From a bacterium (GTDB lineage: Bacteria > Zhuqueibacterota > Zhuqueibacteria > Residuimicrobiales > Krinioviventaceae): a stretch of DNA of 64,000 bases. Positions 19,592 to 29,455 of the stretch are shown one piece after another. Within the stretch, counting starts at the first letter, position 1. Each line of letters begins with the position of its first letter. Where the stretch lies: positions 96,001 to 160,000 of the forward strand of contig CAXXMD010000001.1 of assembly GCA_963675755.2 (NCBI GenBank), written 5' to 3'. The notes beneath the pieces were generated by a model. The model did no database searches, was not told where the DNA came from, and saw only the letters and a list, made by a program, of their open reading frames with translations. The translations under genes and the position numbers were made by a program.

Positions 19592-20713
19592 TTATTTTAC
19601 AAATACATCCCAAACTTTTGACATTCGAGATTCACCTGCGGGACCTTGCACATTCAAAACAACTACATATTGTCCCGGCTTTTCATAGATATGGCTGGGA
19701 TTTTGTTCATTCGATTCGGTCCCGTCACCAAAATCCCAATGCCATGATGAAATTTTACCAATGGATTCATCTTTGAACAACACCAGTCGTTTATCCATAT
19801 CGTAAACCAAATGTGACCAATCAGCTTGTAGCTCTTTGACATATTGTTTCTCCAGAGGCATCAGCTTAAATGCCGCAAGCTGTGACGCATGTCCGTACAT
19901 GGTATGCTGACGTGAAAGGTTCCAGAATCCGTTATTTCGGCGATTATTTACATCATCATAGTCAATAATGGCAAAGCAGAGGCCAATGATCTTTTCTTCC
20001 CACAATTCGGATTCTACCGCCCTTTGTGGACCTTCCGGACCGGCATAATCGAATGGTGTAATCCAGAATTCCAGCACCAGTTTGCCGGACTCGCCGGGTT
20101 TGAAATTATATTTGACACATGCATTTGACCAGGGGAGATCCTTAATCCAGGGTTGTACACCCCAGGCAAGGGTCCAGTCTTTACCTTCAGCGGGAGTGAA
20201 TATGTGATAATTTTGAGCATGCACGCCATGCACTGCCCAATTGGATTCGCCATCACTGATACGATCGTCCTTAATTGCAGCTGCGCCAACTTTTTCGGTT
20301 ACATACATTTCGCGATGTTCTTTGTCGATTAGGGGGCCACCGGACGCATCTGCATCTACAACGATCTCAAACGTATCATTATGCAATCCAGGTTGAGCAA
20401 AATCCCAGTAATCGTCATAGGCTTCATATAGGAAATAGAGCTTGTTCATCCCTTTGACCCAGCCTACTTTGACTTTGATATCCAGCGTTGAGGGATCAGG
20501 TTTTGGGTATTTTCCATTATCATCCACAAGCTGTTGCGTGTCAATGATATAAGATGCGGGTACCATATCCCAATCCGAGATATCACCATCTATACGTGGA
20601 ATCATATTTGGCGGGAATTGAAAGACCTGGAATGTGGTGTCTTGCCTTTCTAATCCAAATACCAGCTTGAAGGAGATGAGAGCCAGAATAGATAAAATTT
20701 TAATAAATTTCAT
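19592..20713 (-). CDS. Secreted protein: CBM9-like sugar-binding domain + C-terminal PKD domain
   Basis: 'PRIDGDISDW', 'LYFLYEAYDD'; PKD 'WHWDFGDG..SNEQNPSHIYEKPG.Y.V.L.V'. Confidence 0.7.
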   Translation of the reverse strand: MKFIKILSILALISFKLVFGLERQDTTFQVFQFPPNMIPRIDGDISDWDMVPASYIIDTQQLVDDNGKYPKPDPSTLDIKVKVGWVKGMNKLYFLYEAYDDYWDFAQPGLHNDTFEIVVDADASGGPLIDKEHREMYVTEKVGAAAIKDDRISDGESNWAVHGVHAQNYHIFTPAEGKDWTLAWGVQPWIKDLPWSNACVKYNFKPGESGKLVLEFWITPFDYAGPEGPQRAVESELWEEKIIGLCFAIIDYDDVNNRRNNGFWNLSRQHTMYGHASQLAAFKLMPLEKQYVKELQADWSHLVYDMDKRLVLFKDESIGKISSWHWDFGDGTESNEQNPSHIYEKPGQYVVVLNVQGPAGESRMSKVWDVFVK

Positions 20714-20730
20714 TTCTTTTCCCTGATTTA

Positions 20731-22398
20731 TTATTCAAAACGGTACAGTTTGACTTTTTGGATTGATGGAACTGCCTGAAATTTTAGACCTGTGCCGGTT
20801 CTGTTTTCAGCGGTTCTTGCACCAAGATCATAATCGACCATAATGGCATCACCATTTAAACGGCGTCCGGCAATCCATTTTCCGTTTTCAAAAACACCTT
20901 CTTCAACGCTAGCCAATCCCGCAACAGCAGGGCCTTGAGATGCGGGTAAAAATGTGATATGCACATTTGAACCTGCAGCAATAAACTCATCTTTGCCGGA
21001 AGCGATGAGCAATCCATATCCATTTTCAACGGCCTCACCGGAACGCCAGTTGCTGGCAAGAGCTATTGTTACTTTGTAATCACCAAGTGTGATAGATTGT
21101 TTGGGATTGTCACTGTTGAGGATAACACTGGAAATATTACCACTACTTTGAGCTTTTAATATGCTAGGCGAAAGCTGTGCAAGAATATTATATGCCTGGG
21201 CAAACGGATTATCTGTAGAATTGTTCATTCTTCCATCAATACCAAATGGAGAGTAGCCTATTGCTTTGCCTGCTCCTACAGCATAAAAGGCGTTTGCAGC
21301 ACCCGCATAACCGGAAAAAGACTCAGGTACAAATAATGGGGTGCCAGAACGCATATATTGCGCGCAAATATCTGTAAATTCGGGTAGATAAATGTCCGGA
21401 GCCAGAATGTCTATATGATCTGCGGCTGCTCTCCAGATATCGTGAACATGGGCCTGTGGACCACCACTCGGGTAATCACCAGGGCGCTTGTCCTGGGGTT
21501 GAACGATCCATGCGTTTACAAACATGGGTAGGGTATATTCTTTTTTACCCATTTCCGCAAGTTTATCGATGAATGAAGCATAATTCCAGGCCATGAACAG
21601 TTCTTCTGCAGCGGGGCCGCCACCAAAAACATCACTCCAGCTTCCTTTGGTTTTATAACCGGTTGCTGACCAGGTTTTTGTTAATTCGGGAGCCAGATTG
21701 TTTTTATTTTTAGATAAATAATTCATCAATTTAGAGGGAACAGGTGCGGTAAAACTTTTTTCCGCTTCCGGAGAATAATCACGTGTTTCTCCAATGATTC
21801 CTACTTCATTTTGCACCTGTATCATAATTACCGTATTTTCCTGAGAATCAATTTCTTTGAGATGCTTCATAAAAGCAGTAAATGCTTTGAGATCTGCCTG
21901 TAAGGTGTTTTCACTCAAGGGCGTAAGGATTTCCAACGCTTTACCGCTTGCGGTTTTTACACGCGGAAAACGTTTGTAATCAGCTTTTACCCAATCCGGA
22001 ATGTAATGTGATTGGCCGTTTTTCCAGCTACCAAACCAGAGCAGTACAAGCTTTAAATCATTTTCTCTTGCCTGCTTGATCATGCCATCCATTAATGTGT
22101 AATCGTATTGACCTTCAACCGGCTCAAACTGGTCCCATGATACTACAGCGAGCACCGTATTCAGGTTCATGGCTTTTAATTTCGGGAAGATTGGTTCAAG
22201 GTAATCAAGATTTGAAGCTGATGAATTGTGCAATTCACCACCCAGTACAAGCCAGGGTTGATCATTCACGATCAATTGAACAGCCTGACCTCTTTTTTCA
22301 AGGCGGGGTATAGCTTGAGCGTTTGCAAAAATACCTGCTAAAACGAGAAACAAGAAAATAGAACGGAACTTGAATTTTATAAAATTGTGTTTTTTCAT
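20731..22398 (-). CDS. GH35-like beta-galactosidase with DUF5597 C-terminal domain
   Basis: 'GGELHNSS', 'LLWFGSWKNG', 'QVQNE', 'YPSGGP', 'APDIY', 'RRLNGD'; GGAGG RBS before MKKHN. Confidence 0.85.
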   Translation of the reverse strand: MKKHNFIKFKFRSIFLFLVLAGIFANAQAIPRLEKRGQAVQLIVNDQPWLVLGGELHNSSASNLDYLEPIFPKLKAMNLNTVLAVVSWDQFEPVEGQYDYTLMDGMIKQARENDLKLVLLWFGSWKNGQSHYIPDWVKADYKRFPRVKTASGKALEILTPLSENTLQADLKAFTAFMKHLKEIDSQENTVIMIQVQNEVGIIGETRDYSPEAEKSFTAPVPSKLMNYLSKNKNNLAPELTKTWSATGYKTKGSWSDVFGGGPAAEELFMAWNYASFIDKLAEMGKKEYTLPMFVNAWIVQPQDKRPGDYPSGGPQAHVHDIWRAAADHIDILAPDIYLPEFTDICAQYMRSGTPLFVPESFSGYAGAANAFYAVGAGKAIGYSPFGIDGRMNNSTDNPFAQAYNILAQLSPSILKAQSSGNISSVILNSDNPKQSITLGDYKVTIALASNWRSGEAVENGYGLLIASGKDEFIAAGSNVHITFLPASQGPAVAGLASVEEGVFENGKWIAGRRLNGDAIMVDYDLGARTAENRTGTGLKFQAVPSIQKVKLYRFE

Positions 22399-22423
22399 TT
22401 CTCTGGTCCTCCGAAATATTAAG

Positions 22424-22445
22424 CGGGGTGGAGCAATCCACCCCG
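22424..22445. other. Intergenic stem-loop within the pectin operon
   Basis: CGGGGTGGA-GCAA-TCCACCCCG, no U-tract; possibly an mRNA stabiliser. Confidence 0.5.
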
Positions 22446-22457
22446 ATAATTCATGCA

Positions 22458-24068
22458 TTAAAAGGGGCTGATTTGTGAATCCGGTTTACCGGATTCTAAA
22501 AATTTACCACTTTTATGGATTTTAATGATATTCCAATCCATTTCATCTCGTGTTGCAAATATATATATACTACCATCGTCAGATACTTCTTCAAACGCTC
22601 TTGCAACCTGAATAGTATTGATCTGTTCTTTTAATGTTTGCAATACAGCATCCGGAACCATATTCTCTTCAACACCGGTAAATTCTTTGCCATTGATTGT
22701 TGTATTGGAGGCATTAATACGTTTTACATTGATGAAACGATTGCCATTTGCTGCATTGTTAAAGGTACAATTGTTCAAGGTAATATCGGTTACCGGTGAA
22801 TTGGGGTAACCCATCAAGAGTAAACCAAAATTACTTTTTTCACAGGTTACGTCGCTGACCTGAATGTTTTTAACTGATGGAGTGAATTCACCTGCATCAC
22901 CATTTTCATAGTAAAAGTTGACACGAACCACTGCATCTGAAACCTGACCGACACGTACATTGCGGAAATAAATGTTTTCTACATTACCGCCACGCAATGA
23001 GTTGGTTTTAATACGTAATGCACGTTCCAAATTGGGACTGTCCATTTCACAATTTTCTGCAAAAATATTGATAGCACCGCCGGTAATTTCGCTGCCGATA
23101 ACAACACCACCGTGACCATCTTTCATTGTACAATTTCGAATAATTATATTTTCGCAAGGTGTATTGACTCTGCGTCCATCCGCATTCCGTCCTGATTTTA
23201 AAGCGATACAGTCATCACCCGTATTGAAAAAACAGTCTTCAATTAAAACGTTTTTGCAAGATTCAGGGTCACAACCATCGTTATTGGGACCATGACTGTT
23301 GATGTGAACACCGCGAACGATAACATTTTCACACAATACGGGGTGCAGTTCCCACATGGGAGAGTTGACAATAGTAATACCTTCAATTAATACATTTTTA
23401 CAACGGTAGGGTTGAACAAATTGTGGACGAAGATACGAACCATTAGGAAAAACACGTTCAACTACCGGTACATTGTCTTCTGCCCACTGGAACAATGTTG
23501 AGCGGGTTTCACGTTGTGAATGTATTCCATCTGTCCAGCCATAGTGAGGTGCACCGCACATGGGCCACCAGTTTTCGTTATTTGCTTGTCCATTCAGAGT
23601 GCCTTTGCCGGTAATAGCAATATTTTCCTGTTCAAAAGCATAAACAAATGGGGAATAGTTCATTACTTCAACACCTTCCCAGCGACTGTGTACAACCGGA
23701 AGGTATTTTTCAATATCCGGACTAAAGAGGAGGGTGGCATTCTCTTCGAGATGTAAATTGACATTGCTTTTCAAGTGAACAGGGCCGGTTAGATAGTTAC
23801 CCGCAGGAACCACTACACGACCACCGCCGGCTGCATTACATTCGGTGATTGCTTTTGATATTGCGTCAGAGCAATCGGTTTTCCCGTCACCAACTGCGCC
23901 AAATTCTGTGATATTGAAATCCTTGTCCTGAAAAACCGGTTCTTTTATCTGCTCAAGAATTTCCGGCAAAAGGTCCCAGCCGGTTTTAACCTGAGGTTGA
24001 CAAGAAATTAGCAATCCTGAAATTAGTGTTAATGCCAGAATTGTCAATAACCGTTTGAGGGTCTTCAT
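22458..24068 (-). CDS. GH28 exo-polygalacturonase-like lipoprotein
   Basis: Lipobox 'LISC'; catalytic 'NNDG', 'GDD', 'GHGG', 'RIK'. Confidence 0.92.
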   Translation of the reverse strand: MKTLKRLLTILALTLISGLLISCQPQVKTGWDLLPEILEQIKEPVFQDKDFNITEFGAVGDGKTDCSDAISKAITECNAAGGGRVVVPAGNYLTGPVHLKSNVNLHLEENATLLFSPDIEKYLPVVHSRWEGVEVMNYSPFVYAFEQENIAITGKGTLNGQANNENWWPMCGAPHYGWTDGIHSQRETRSTLFQWAEDNVPVVERVFPNGSYLRPQFVQPYRCKNVLIEGITIVNSPMWELHPVLCENVIVRGVHINSHGPNNDGCDPESCKNVLIEDCFFNTGDDCIALKSGRNADGRRVNTPCENIIIRNCTMKDGHGGVVIGSEITGGAINIFAENCEMDSPNLERALRIKTNSLRGGNVENIYFRNVRVGQVSDAVVRVNFYYENGDAGEFTPSVKNIQVSDVTCEKSNFGLLLMGYPNSPVTDITLNNCTFNNAANGNRFINVKRINASNTTINGKEFTGVEENMVPDAVLQTLKEQINTIQVARAFEEVSDDGSIYIFATRDEMDWNIIKIHKSGKFLESGKPDSQISPF

Positions 24069-24083
24069 GTTTACTACTCCTTT

Positions 24084-25814
24084 TTAAGATTGAATCTCAC
24101 ATTTACGCCATTTACGAACCGAGTTTATCAAAAATAATTCTTTGGCTTGAATTACATCCGACTGATACAAGATCCGTTCTTTTATTTCACCCTTTTTTAA
24201 TAAATGTTCCCGAAAGGTCCCTGCCAATAATCCGCTAGAGACCGGTGGGGTATACAATACATTATTTATATTAACTACCAGATTGTGCATGCAGGTTTCT
24301 GTTATTTCCCCTTTTTGATTATAAAGTAAAACGTCATCATATTCCGGATTTAAATTGATGTGTTTGTCATATATATTTCGGTTTGTTGTTTTATGGTAAA
24401 GCCAAACAGATGATTCATCAACAGGTTCATTCGCAAAACAAATTCTGGCAGTGGTGTTTAAATCTGTTTCTATCTTGATAGATTGTATTTCAATATTTCC
24501 ATCAGAATCAACCAGTAAACGCACGCGTGTAGAATTTTTAAATGATTCAGCTGTATGTATTAGCTTTTCAAGTATATATCGAGTGTTGATCTTGAAACCA
24601 AAATAACGGGCAGATTGACGTAAACGTTTAAGGTGTATATCAAGAAGAAAATAGCCCGTTTGCGGCTGCCATAAAAGTGTTTCAAGTAAATGAAAAGGTT
24701 CATGTTTGTGATTTAATATTTCTGCTTTTAAAAGGGATTCATGAAATTCATCATTGGGTTTGGAATCCCATACAATGCCGCTGCCAATATTATAAACGGC
24801 TTTACCTGTGCTTTTGTTCTGAATTAATGTGCGAATTGCTACATTAAATTGTGCTTTTTTATCCGGAGAAATATAGCCAATACTACCAGTATAAATACCT
24901 CGTGAATGGTCTTCCAGTTGGTTAATGATGTTCATTGTGCTGACTTTTGGGGCCCCGGTAATGGATGCACAAGGGAAAAGCGCTTTAAATATATCACTTA
25001 CTGGTACAAGCGTTCTTGATTGAACGGTAGATGTCATTTGATAGACTGTTGGATACTGTTCTATGCTGTAAAGTTTGGGTATGGAAACACTATTTAATTC
25101 TGCAATGCGTCCCATATCGTTTCTGATCATATCTACAATCATAACATTTTCTGCGCGATCTTTGGTACTGTATTTTAAATTGCGTTTGTTTTGAGCATCT
25201 TTTAAGGAGTATTTGCCGCGAGGTGCAGTGCCTTTCATGGGTTTGGAAAAGAGTCTGGTGCCATCCAGTTTGAAAAATAATTCAGGAGAAGCTGAGCAAA
25301 TTGTATGCGATTCGGTTTCAATCAGTGCCGCATATGGAGCTTTTTGTGCATGGACCAAATTTTTGAAAAGGGAATAATAACTGCCTTTGAATGTTGAATA
25401 TAATGGGAATGTAAAATTAACCTGATATGTGTTACCCAGTTGAATTTGCTGTTTAATGGTTTCAATTGCTGAAAGATATTGCGATTCGTCTATTGCAGGC
25501 TGCCATGTTGAGAAAGAATAATCGCTGGTATCGTCAAAAGGGAGTTCAGCAAGTGCCCGGGGGTGTTTGAACAACCCAAAGGTCATTAATGGATATTCGG
25601 AAAAAGCGTGTACTTTGAGATGCGGATCAAATGCAGGAGACGCTTCATAACATAGAAAACCCGCGGCCCACAGGTTTTCGCTATTCACTTTTTTTTCAAT
25701 ATGACAGAGTTGGTTTATTATTGAATCGCTATCAATTGAAGATATTATCTCGACAGGATCATCAAAAATAAACCAATTGTTCTCATTATTATTATAAAGA
25801 TAAATTTTTAACAT
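24084..25814 (-). CDS. pabB: Aminodeoxychorismate synthase component I fused to an ADC-lyase (class IV aminotransferase) domain
   Basis: 'YQVN', 'SPELF', 'PMKGT', 'ENVMIVDMIRND', 'SITGAPK'; C-terminal 'H..RL..SA', 'HKTT.R', 'TPP...GLL.G..R'. Confidence 0.9.
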   Translation of the reverse strand: MLKIYLYNNNENNWFIFDDPVEIISSIDSDSIINQLCHIEKKVNSENLWAAGFLCYEASPAFDPHLKVHAFSEYPLMTFGLFKHPRALAELPFDDTSDYSFSTWQPAIDESQYLSAIETIKQQIQLGNTYQVNFTFPLYSTFKGSYYSLFKNLVHAQKAPYAALIETESHTICSASPELFFKLDGTRLFSKPMKGTAPRGKYSLKDAQNKRNLKYSTKDRAENVMIVDMIRNDMGRIAELNSVSIPKLYSIEQYPTVYQMTSTVQSRTLVPVSDIFKALFPCASITGAPKVSTMNIINQLEDHSRGIYTGSIGYISPDKKAQFNVAIRTLIQNKSTGKAVYNIGSGIVWDSKPNDEFHESLLKAEILNHKHEPFHLLETLLWQPQTGYFLLDIHLKRLRQSARYFGFKINTRYILEKLIHTAESFKNSTRVRLLVDSDGNIEIQSIKIETDLNTTARICFANEPVDESSVWLYHKTTNRNIYDKHINLNPEYDDVLLYNQKGEITETCMHNLVVNINNVLYTPPVSSGLLAGTFREHLLKKGEIKERILYQSDVIQAKELFLINSVRKWRKCEIQS

Positions 25815-25875
25815 AAATCAGTGTTTGTTTTTAACTCTAATTTTGTTATTTTCCATACCCAAAGAAAGGTGTGCT

Positions 25876-26697
25876 ATGGAATTTAAATATAATAAAAAAT
25901 CTCGTGAAAAACTCATATATAATAACCCGGAAAAATTAAAAATAGCCCGGGATATGTTGGAACGTTATACCGGTGGAAATCTGTCTGATTTTAAAAAACA
26001 CATTATTTTAACCAATTTCAACAAATATATGCATGTTTTTGCAGAACGTTTTAATGCTGAAATTCATACCGGATCAGTGATGTCTGTGATTCATGCTGAA
26101 GATGTGAATGTAAGTATGGTGGATTTTAAAATTGGTGCTCCTACTGCTGCATTGATTATTGAATTGTTGGCTGTGCTCGATCCTCAGGCTGTATTGTTTC
26201 TGGGTATGTGTGGAGGATTGCATCCTTCACTCAAAGTTGGTGATTTTATTTTACCGGTGGCAGCAATACGTGATGAAGGCGTTTCTCAGAACTTTATTCC
26301 CAAACAAGTACCCAGTTTGCCAACTTTTAAAATACAAAAATTTGTAAGTCAAATGCTGGTTGATGATGGTTATGACTATCGTACCGGTGTTGTTCATACC
26401 ACAGATTATCGCTTTTGGGAATTTGACCATCGTTTTAAAAAGAAACTCTATGAGGAACGTGCTATAGCTATTGATATGGAATGTGCTGCACTTTTCTCGG
26501 TTGGTTTTGTAAGCAAAGTACCTATTGGTGCTCTTTTACTGGTTTCTGATATGCCCCTAAAAGAGGGTGGAATCAAGACCAAAGCATCTTCAAAACAAGT
26601 ATTTCATGATTTTACTCAGGTGCATATTGATGTGGGTATACGTTCCATGGTTGATATACAGGAACGTGGAGAGCACATTCGTCATTATCGCTGGTAG
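25876..26697 (+). CDS. amn: AMP nucleosidase (short, Bacteroidetes-type)
   Basis: 'LERYTG', 'ILTNF', 'FLGMCGGL', 'AIRDEG', 'DME.A.LF', 'LLVSD.PL'. Confidence 0.85.
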   Translation: MEFKYNKKSREKLIYNNPEKLKIARDMLERYTGGNLSDFKKHIILTNFNKYMHVFAERFNAEIHTGSVMSVIHAEDVNVSMVDFKIGAPTAALIIELLAVLDPQAVLFLGMCGGLHPSLKVGDFILPVAAIRDEGVSQNFIPKQVPSLPTFKIQKFVSQMLVDDGYDYRTGVVHTTDYRFWEFDHRFKKKLYEERAIAIDMECAALFSVGFVSKVPIGALLLVSDMPLKEGGIKTKASSKQVFHDFTQVHIDVGIRSMVDIQERGEHIRHYRW

Positions 26698-26699
26698 TA

Positions 26700-27158
26700 T
26701 TAATCGTTAGAAATACGACCGCTCATTTGGGTAATATTCACTTTGATAATACATGTCTTATCTAAAGGACCTTCTTTATAAGTGAAAGGAGGCTCAGCGT
26801 ATTGCGACATTATTATATCGAGTGCTTTGACTTTTTTATCACGATCTGAAATTAATTCTGCTGTACCATATCCTACAACACTTTTATAAGACGATGACCA
26901 GCCGCAGGCATGGTCAGAGGGTAAGAGTTCTATATCACAATCCATTTCAAAGCTCACATTTGCATTTTGATTCAAATAATCAATTTTTTTACCATTATGC
27001 CCTGTATGAAAATAGAGAGCATTGTCTTTATACCCAAAATTTAACGGAACAATATAAGGGCGGTTATCAACACTCATTGCCAGCCTGCATACCTCACATT
27101 TACGGATTATTGATTCAATTTCCTGAATATCCTTGACTTCTTTTTCCTTTTTTCTCAT
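26700..27158 (-). CDS. Pyridoxamine 5'-phosphate oxidase/NimA-like protein
   Basis: 'MRKKEKE', 'PYIVPLNFGY', 'LYFH', 'Y.SVVGYG'. Confidence 0.85.
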   Translation of the reverse strand: MRKKEKEVKDIQEIESIIRKCEVCRLAMSVDNRPYIVPLNFGYKDNALYFHTGHNGKKIDYLNQNANVSFEMDCDIELLPSDHACGWSSSYKSVVGYGTAELISDRDKKVKALDIIMSQYAEPPFTYKEGPLDKTCIIKVNITQMSGRISND

Positions 27159-27259
27159 ATTAATAATACCTAATGTTTGTGGTGTTGATTTTAAGAGCTG
27201 AATTGTTTAGGGGTTATTATCATAAATTTATTTTTGTAATAAAAAATAGTGATAAATCT

Positions 27260-27715
27260 ATGGCCAATCAAGAGGAAAATATAAATCCAAAAAAAAGATT
27301 GCTGTTGGACCGGATTGCCACATTGTTAGAACAATACAAAACCAATGGTCATAAACATAATGTTTCAGTGGTGCTTGAAATATGTGGAAGACAATGTGCA
27401 CAAACCAGTGCTATTCAATTGGCAACTGATAGTGGTGGAAATTTGGAAAAGTTTTTGAAAAATCTGGGGTTGATTATTGGTGAAAAAAATATCGAGAATT
27501 CAGGTGATATTATTACAATACGTTATGATGAATGTTATTGTACTCTGGTTGCAGAGAATCCTGATACACCAGAAATTTTGTGTGAATGTTCCAATGGTTG
27601 GGTGAAAGAAATGTTTGAAACCGTTATCAATAAACCCCTTATAGTTGAAGGAAGGGGCTCTATTTTACGGGGAGATCCGCAATGTGAATTCAAGATTCAC
27701 ATTGAGAATCTGTAA
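27260..27715 (+). CDS. Cys-rich DUF6144/V4R-like protein
   Basis: 'CGRQCA', 'ECYC', 'CECS.GW', 'SILRGD..CEF.I'. Confidence 0.65.
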   Translation: MANQEENINPKKRLLLDRIATLLEQYKTNGHKHNVSVVLEICGRQCAQTSAIQLATDSGGNLEKFLKNLGLIIGEKNIENSGDIITIRYDECYCTLVAENPDTPEILCECSNGWVKEMFETVINKPLIVEGRGSILRGDPQCEFKIHIENL

Positions 27716-28862
27716 TGGGAAATCCGATAGTAATGGTTGTTCCCTCGTTTACTTTACTGTCCAGTTTAATATATCCATTATGTTCATCTAGAATGTTTTT
27801 GACAATGGGGAGGCCCAAGCCAGTACCTTTACCTTCTGATTTGGTAGTAAAGAATGGATTGAAAATTTTATCTTTAATTTCTTCTGGAATGCCTGAACCT
27901 GTATCTGAAAAAGTAATTTCAAAATAACTATTGTCATTGCTTTTTTGTGTTGTAATGGTGAGTTTGCCACCATTAGACATGGCGTGTGCAGCATTGATTT
28001 GGAGATTACGAATGACCTGTTCTATAAGGTTGCGATCTCCGCATACATATTGAGCTTCATCAGCCAGTTGGAGTTCAACCTGAATATATTTTAACACACC
28101 ACTCATGATCAATGTGTCTGTGGTTTGGCTGACAATTTGATTGAGATCAAGCGGTTGGAGTCTGGGTTTTGACGGCTTGCTCAAGGATAACAGGTTTTTA
28201 CCGTGAAGAGCAACTTTTTCCAGATTTGTTAAAATATATTCGTTTATTTCTTTGATCTTGTCCGGTTTGTCATAATTTTCCTGCAGCAATTTAGAATGAA
28301 TCAGCATGCCGCCAACAAGATTGTTCAACTCGTGACCAATGGTTCCAGCAATAATGCCCAGGGTTGCCTGTTTTTCGGTCTGTACCAACTGATTGTGAGC
28401 TTGTTTAAGTTCTGAAATATCTTTATACATGAGGGATACAGCATCTACTTTTTTATTGTCATCAAAAATGGGGGATGCTGAAAGCAGTACATTTTTAGAG
28501 GTACCTGATTTTGTGTAGCGAATTGCTTCGAGACTGCGAATGGATTCACCGTTGAGGACGCGAATTGACAGGTTTTCGGCTTCATCCCGGACACTTTCCT
28601 GTACCACCAGTATATCTATATCTTTACCCAGCACTTCTTCTTCTGTATAACCAAAAATATTTGTAGCACCCATATTCCAGGAAGTGATCTTTTTATCCGG
28701 ATTGATTGATATAATTGCATCGGCTGCAAACTCTACAATTGATCTATAACGTTGTTCTGACTCGCGAAGATCATTTATCATTTCCCAAACCAGTTTTTCC
28801 AAAGTACCGGAAATTGCTTTGATCTGGGATGCGTATTTTATTGCTTTTTCTTTCTTTTTCAT
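27690..28862 (-). CDS. Cytoplasmic PAS-domain sensor histidine kinase (NtrB-like)
   Basis: PAS 'WNMGA..IFGY..EE..G'; H-box 'HELNN'; N/G1/F/G2 boxes 'DTGSGI', 'FNPFFTTK', 'GTGLGL'. Confidence 0.92.
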   Translation of the reverse strand: MKKKEKAIKYASQIKAISGTLEKLVWEMINDLRESEQRYRSIVEFAADAIISINPDKKITSWNMGATNIFGYTEEEVLGKDIDILVVQESVRDEAENLSIRVLNGESIRSLEAIRYTKSGTSKNVLLSASPIFDDNKKVDAVSLMYKDISELKQAHNQLVQTEKQATLGIIAGTIGHELNNLVGGMLIHSKLLQENYDKPDKIKEINEYILTNLEKVALHGKNLLSLSKPSKPRLQPLDLNQIVSQTTDTLIMSGVLKYIQVELQLADEAQYVCGDRNLIEQVIRNLQINAAHAMSNGGKLTITTQKSNDNSYFEITFSDTGSGIPEEIKDKIFNPFFTTKSEGKGTGLGLPIVKNILDEHNGYIKLDSKVNEGTTITIGFPITDSQCES

Positions 28863-29044
28863 ATTTCTTTCTTGTAATTAATAGAGTTTATAATTTAATG
28901 ATTTTTATAATTAAATCAAACAATCAACTTTTGTACCTGATTATCCATTAATTGTACCCTGAGGTACATTTTGTGGATTGTCTTAATTATTGTTTTTGAA
29001 GTAACTTGTTGTTTTGGTTGCACTTGTGATGGTTTTATGGCTTT

Positions 29045-29059
29045 TGGCACCGCTGTTGC
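29045..29059 (+). promoter_or_regulatory. Sigma54 (-24/-12) promoter of the WXXGXW repeat gene
   Basis: TGGCACCGCTGTTGC. IHF-like TAACTTGTTGTTT at 29002-29014; palindrome TGTACC-CTGA-GGTACA at 28953-28968 plus a half-site at 28932. Confidence 0.8.
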
Positions 29060-29098
29060 TTGTTTTGTAGTAGAAATCAAAACAAAGGAGATAGAGTC

Positions 29099-29410
29099 AT
29101 GAAAAAGATGAATGTAATATTAATGATAACCATGTTTATATTGGGAATGGGGTTGGTTTCGGCATCGACAGCAGCAGTTGTATATGTACGTAAGGCACCT
29201 CCGGCACGTAAAACAGTTGTCGTTAAGCCTGCAAGACCTCACCATGATTCTGTTTGGGTTAGTGGACATTGGGGATGGAGAAATGGTGTGCATATATGGG
29301 TTGATGGTAAATGGATCAGCTCAAAGAAAGGTCATGTTTGGATTGATGGGCATTGGAAGAAAACCGCAAAAGGGTGGATCTGGGTTGACGGTCATTGGAA
29401 AAAAAGATAA
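29099..29410 (+). CDS. Secreted YXWGXW/WXXGXW repeat protein
   Basis: AAGGAG RBS; signal peptide; 'APP', then WVSGHW, WVDGKW, WIDGHW, WVDGHW. Confidence 0.88.
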   Translation: MKKMNVILMITMFILGMGLVSASTAAVVYVRKAPPARKTVVVKPARPHHDSVWVSGHWGWRNGVHIWVDGKWISSKKGHVWIDGHWKKTAKGWIWVDGHWKKR

Positions 29411-29418
29411 TAGTTATT

Positions 29419-29451
29419 AAAAAAAGCCGCAGTTGCAATGCGGCTTTTTTT
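29419..29451. terminator. Bidirectional intrinsic terminator
   Basis: AAAAAAAGCCGCA-GTTGCAA-TGCGGCTTTTTTT. Confidence 0.88.
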
Positions 29452-29455
29452 ATGT

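Noticed and set aside
24084-25814. PabB-PabC fusion as a novelty
   Set aside because: This is a known, widespread fusion.
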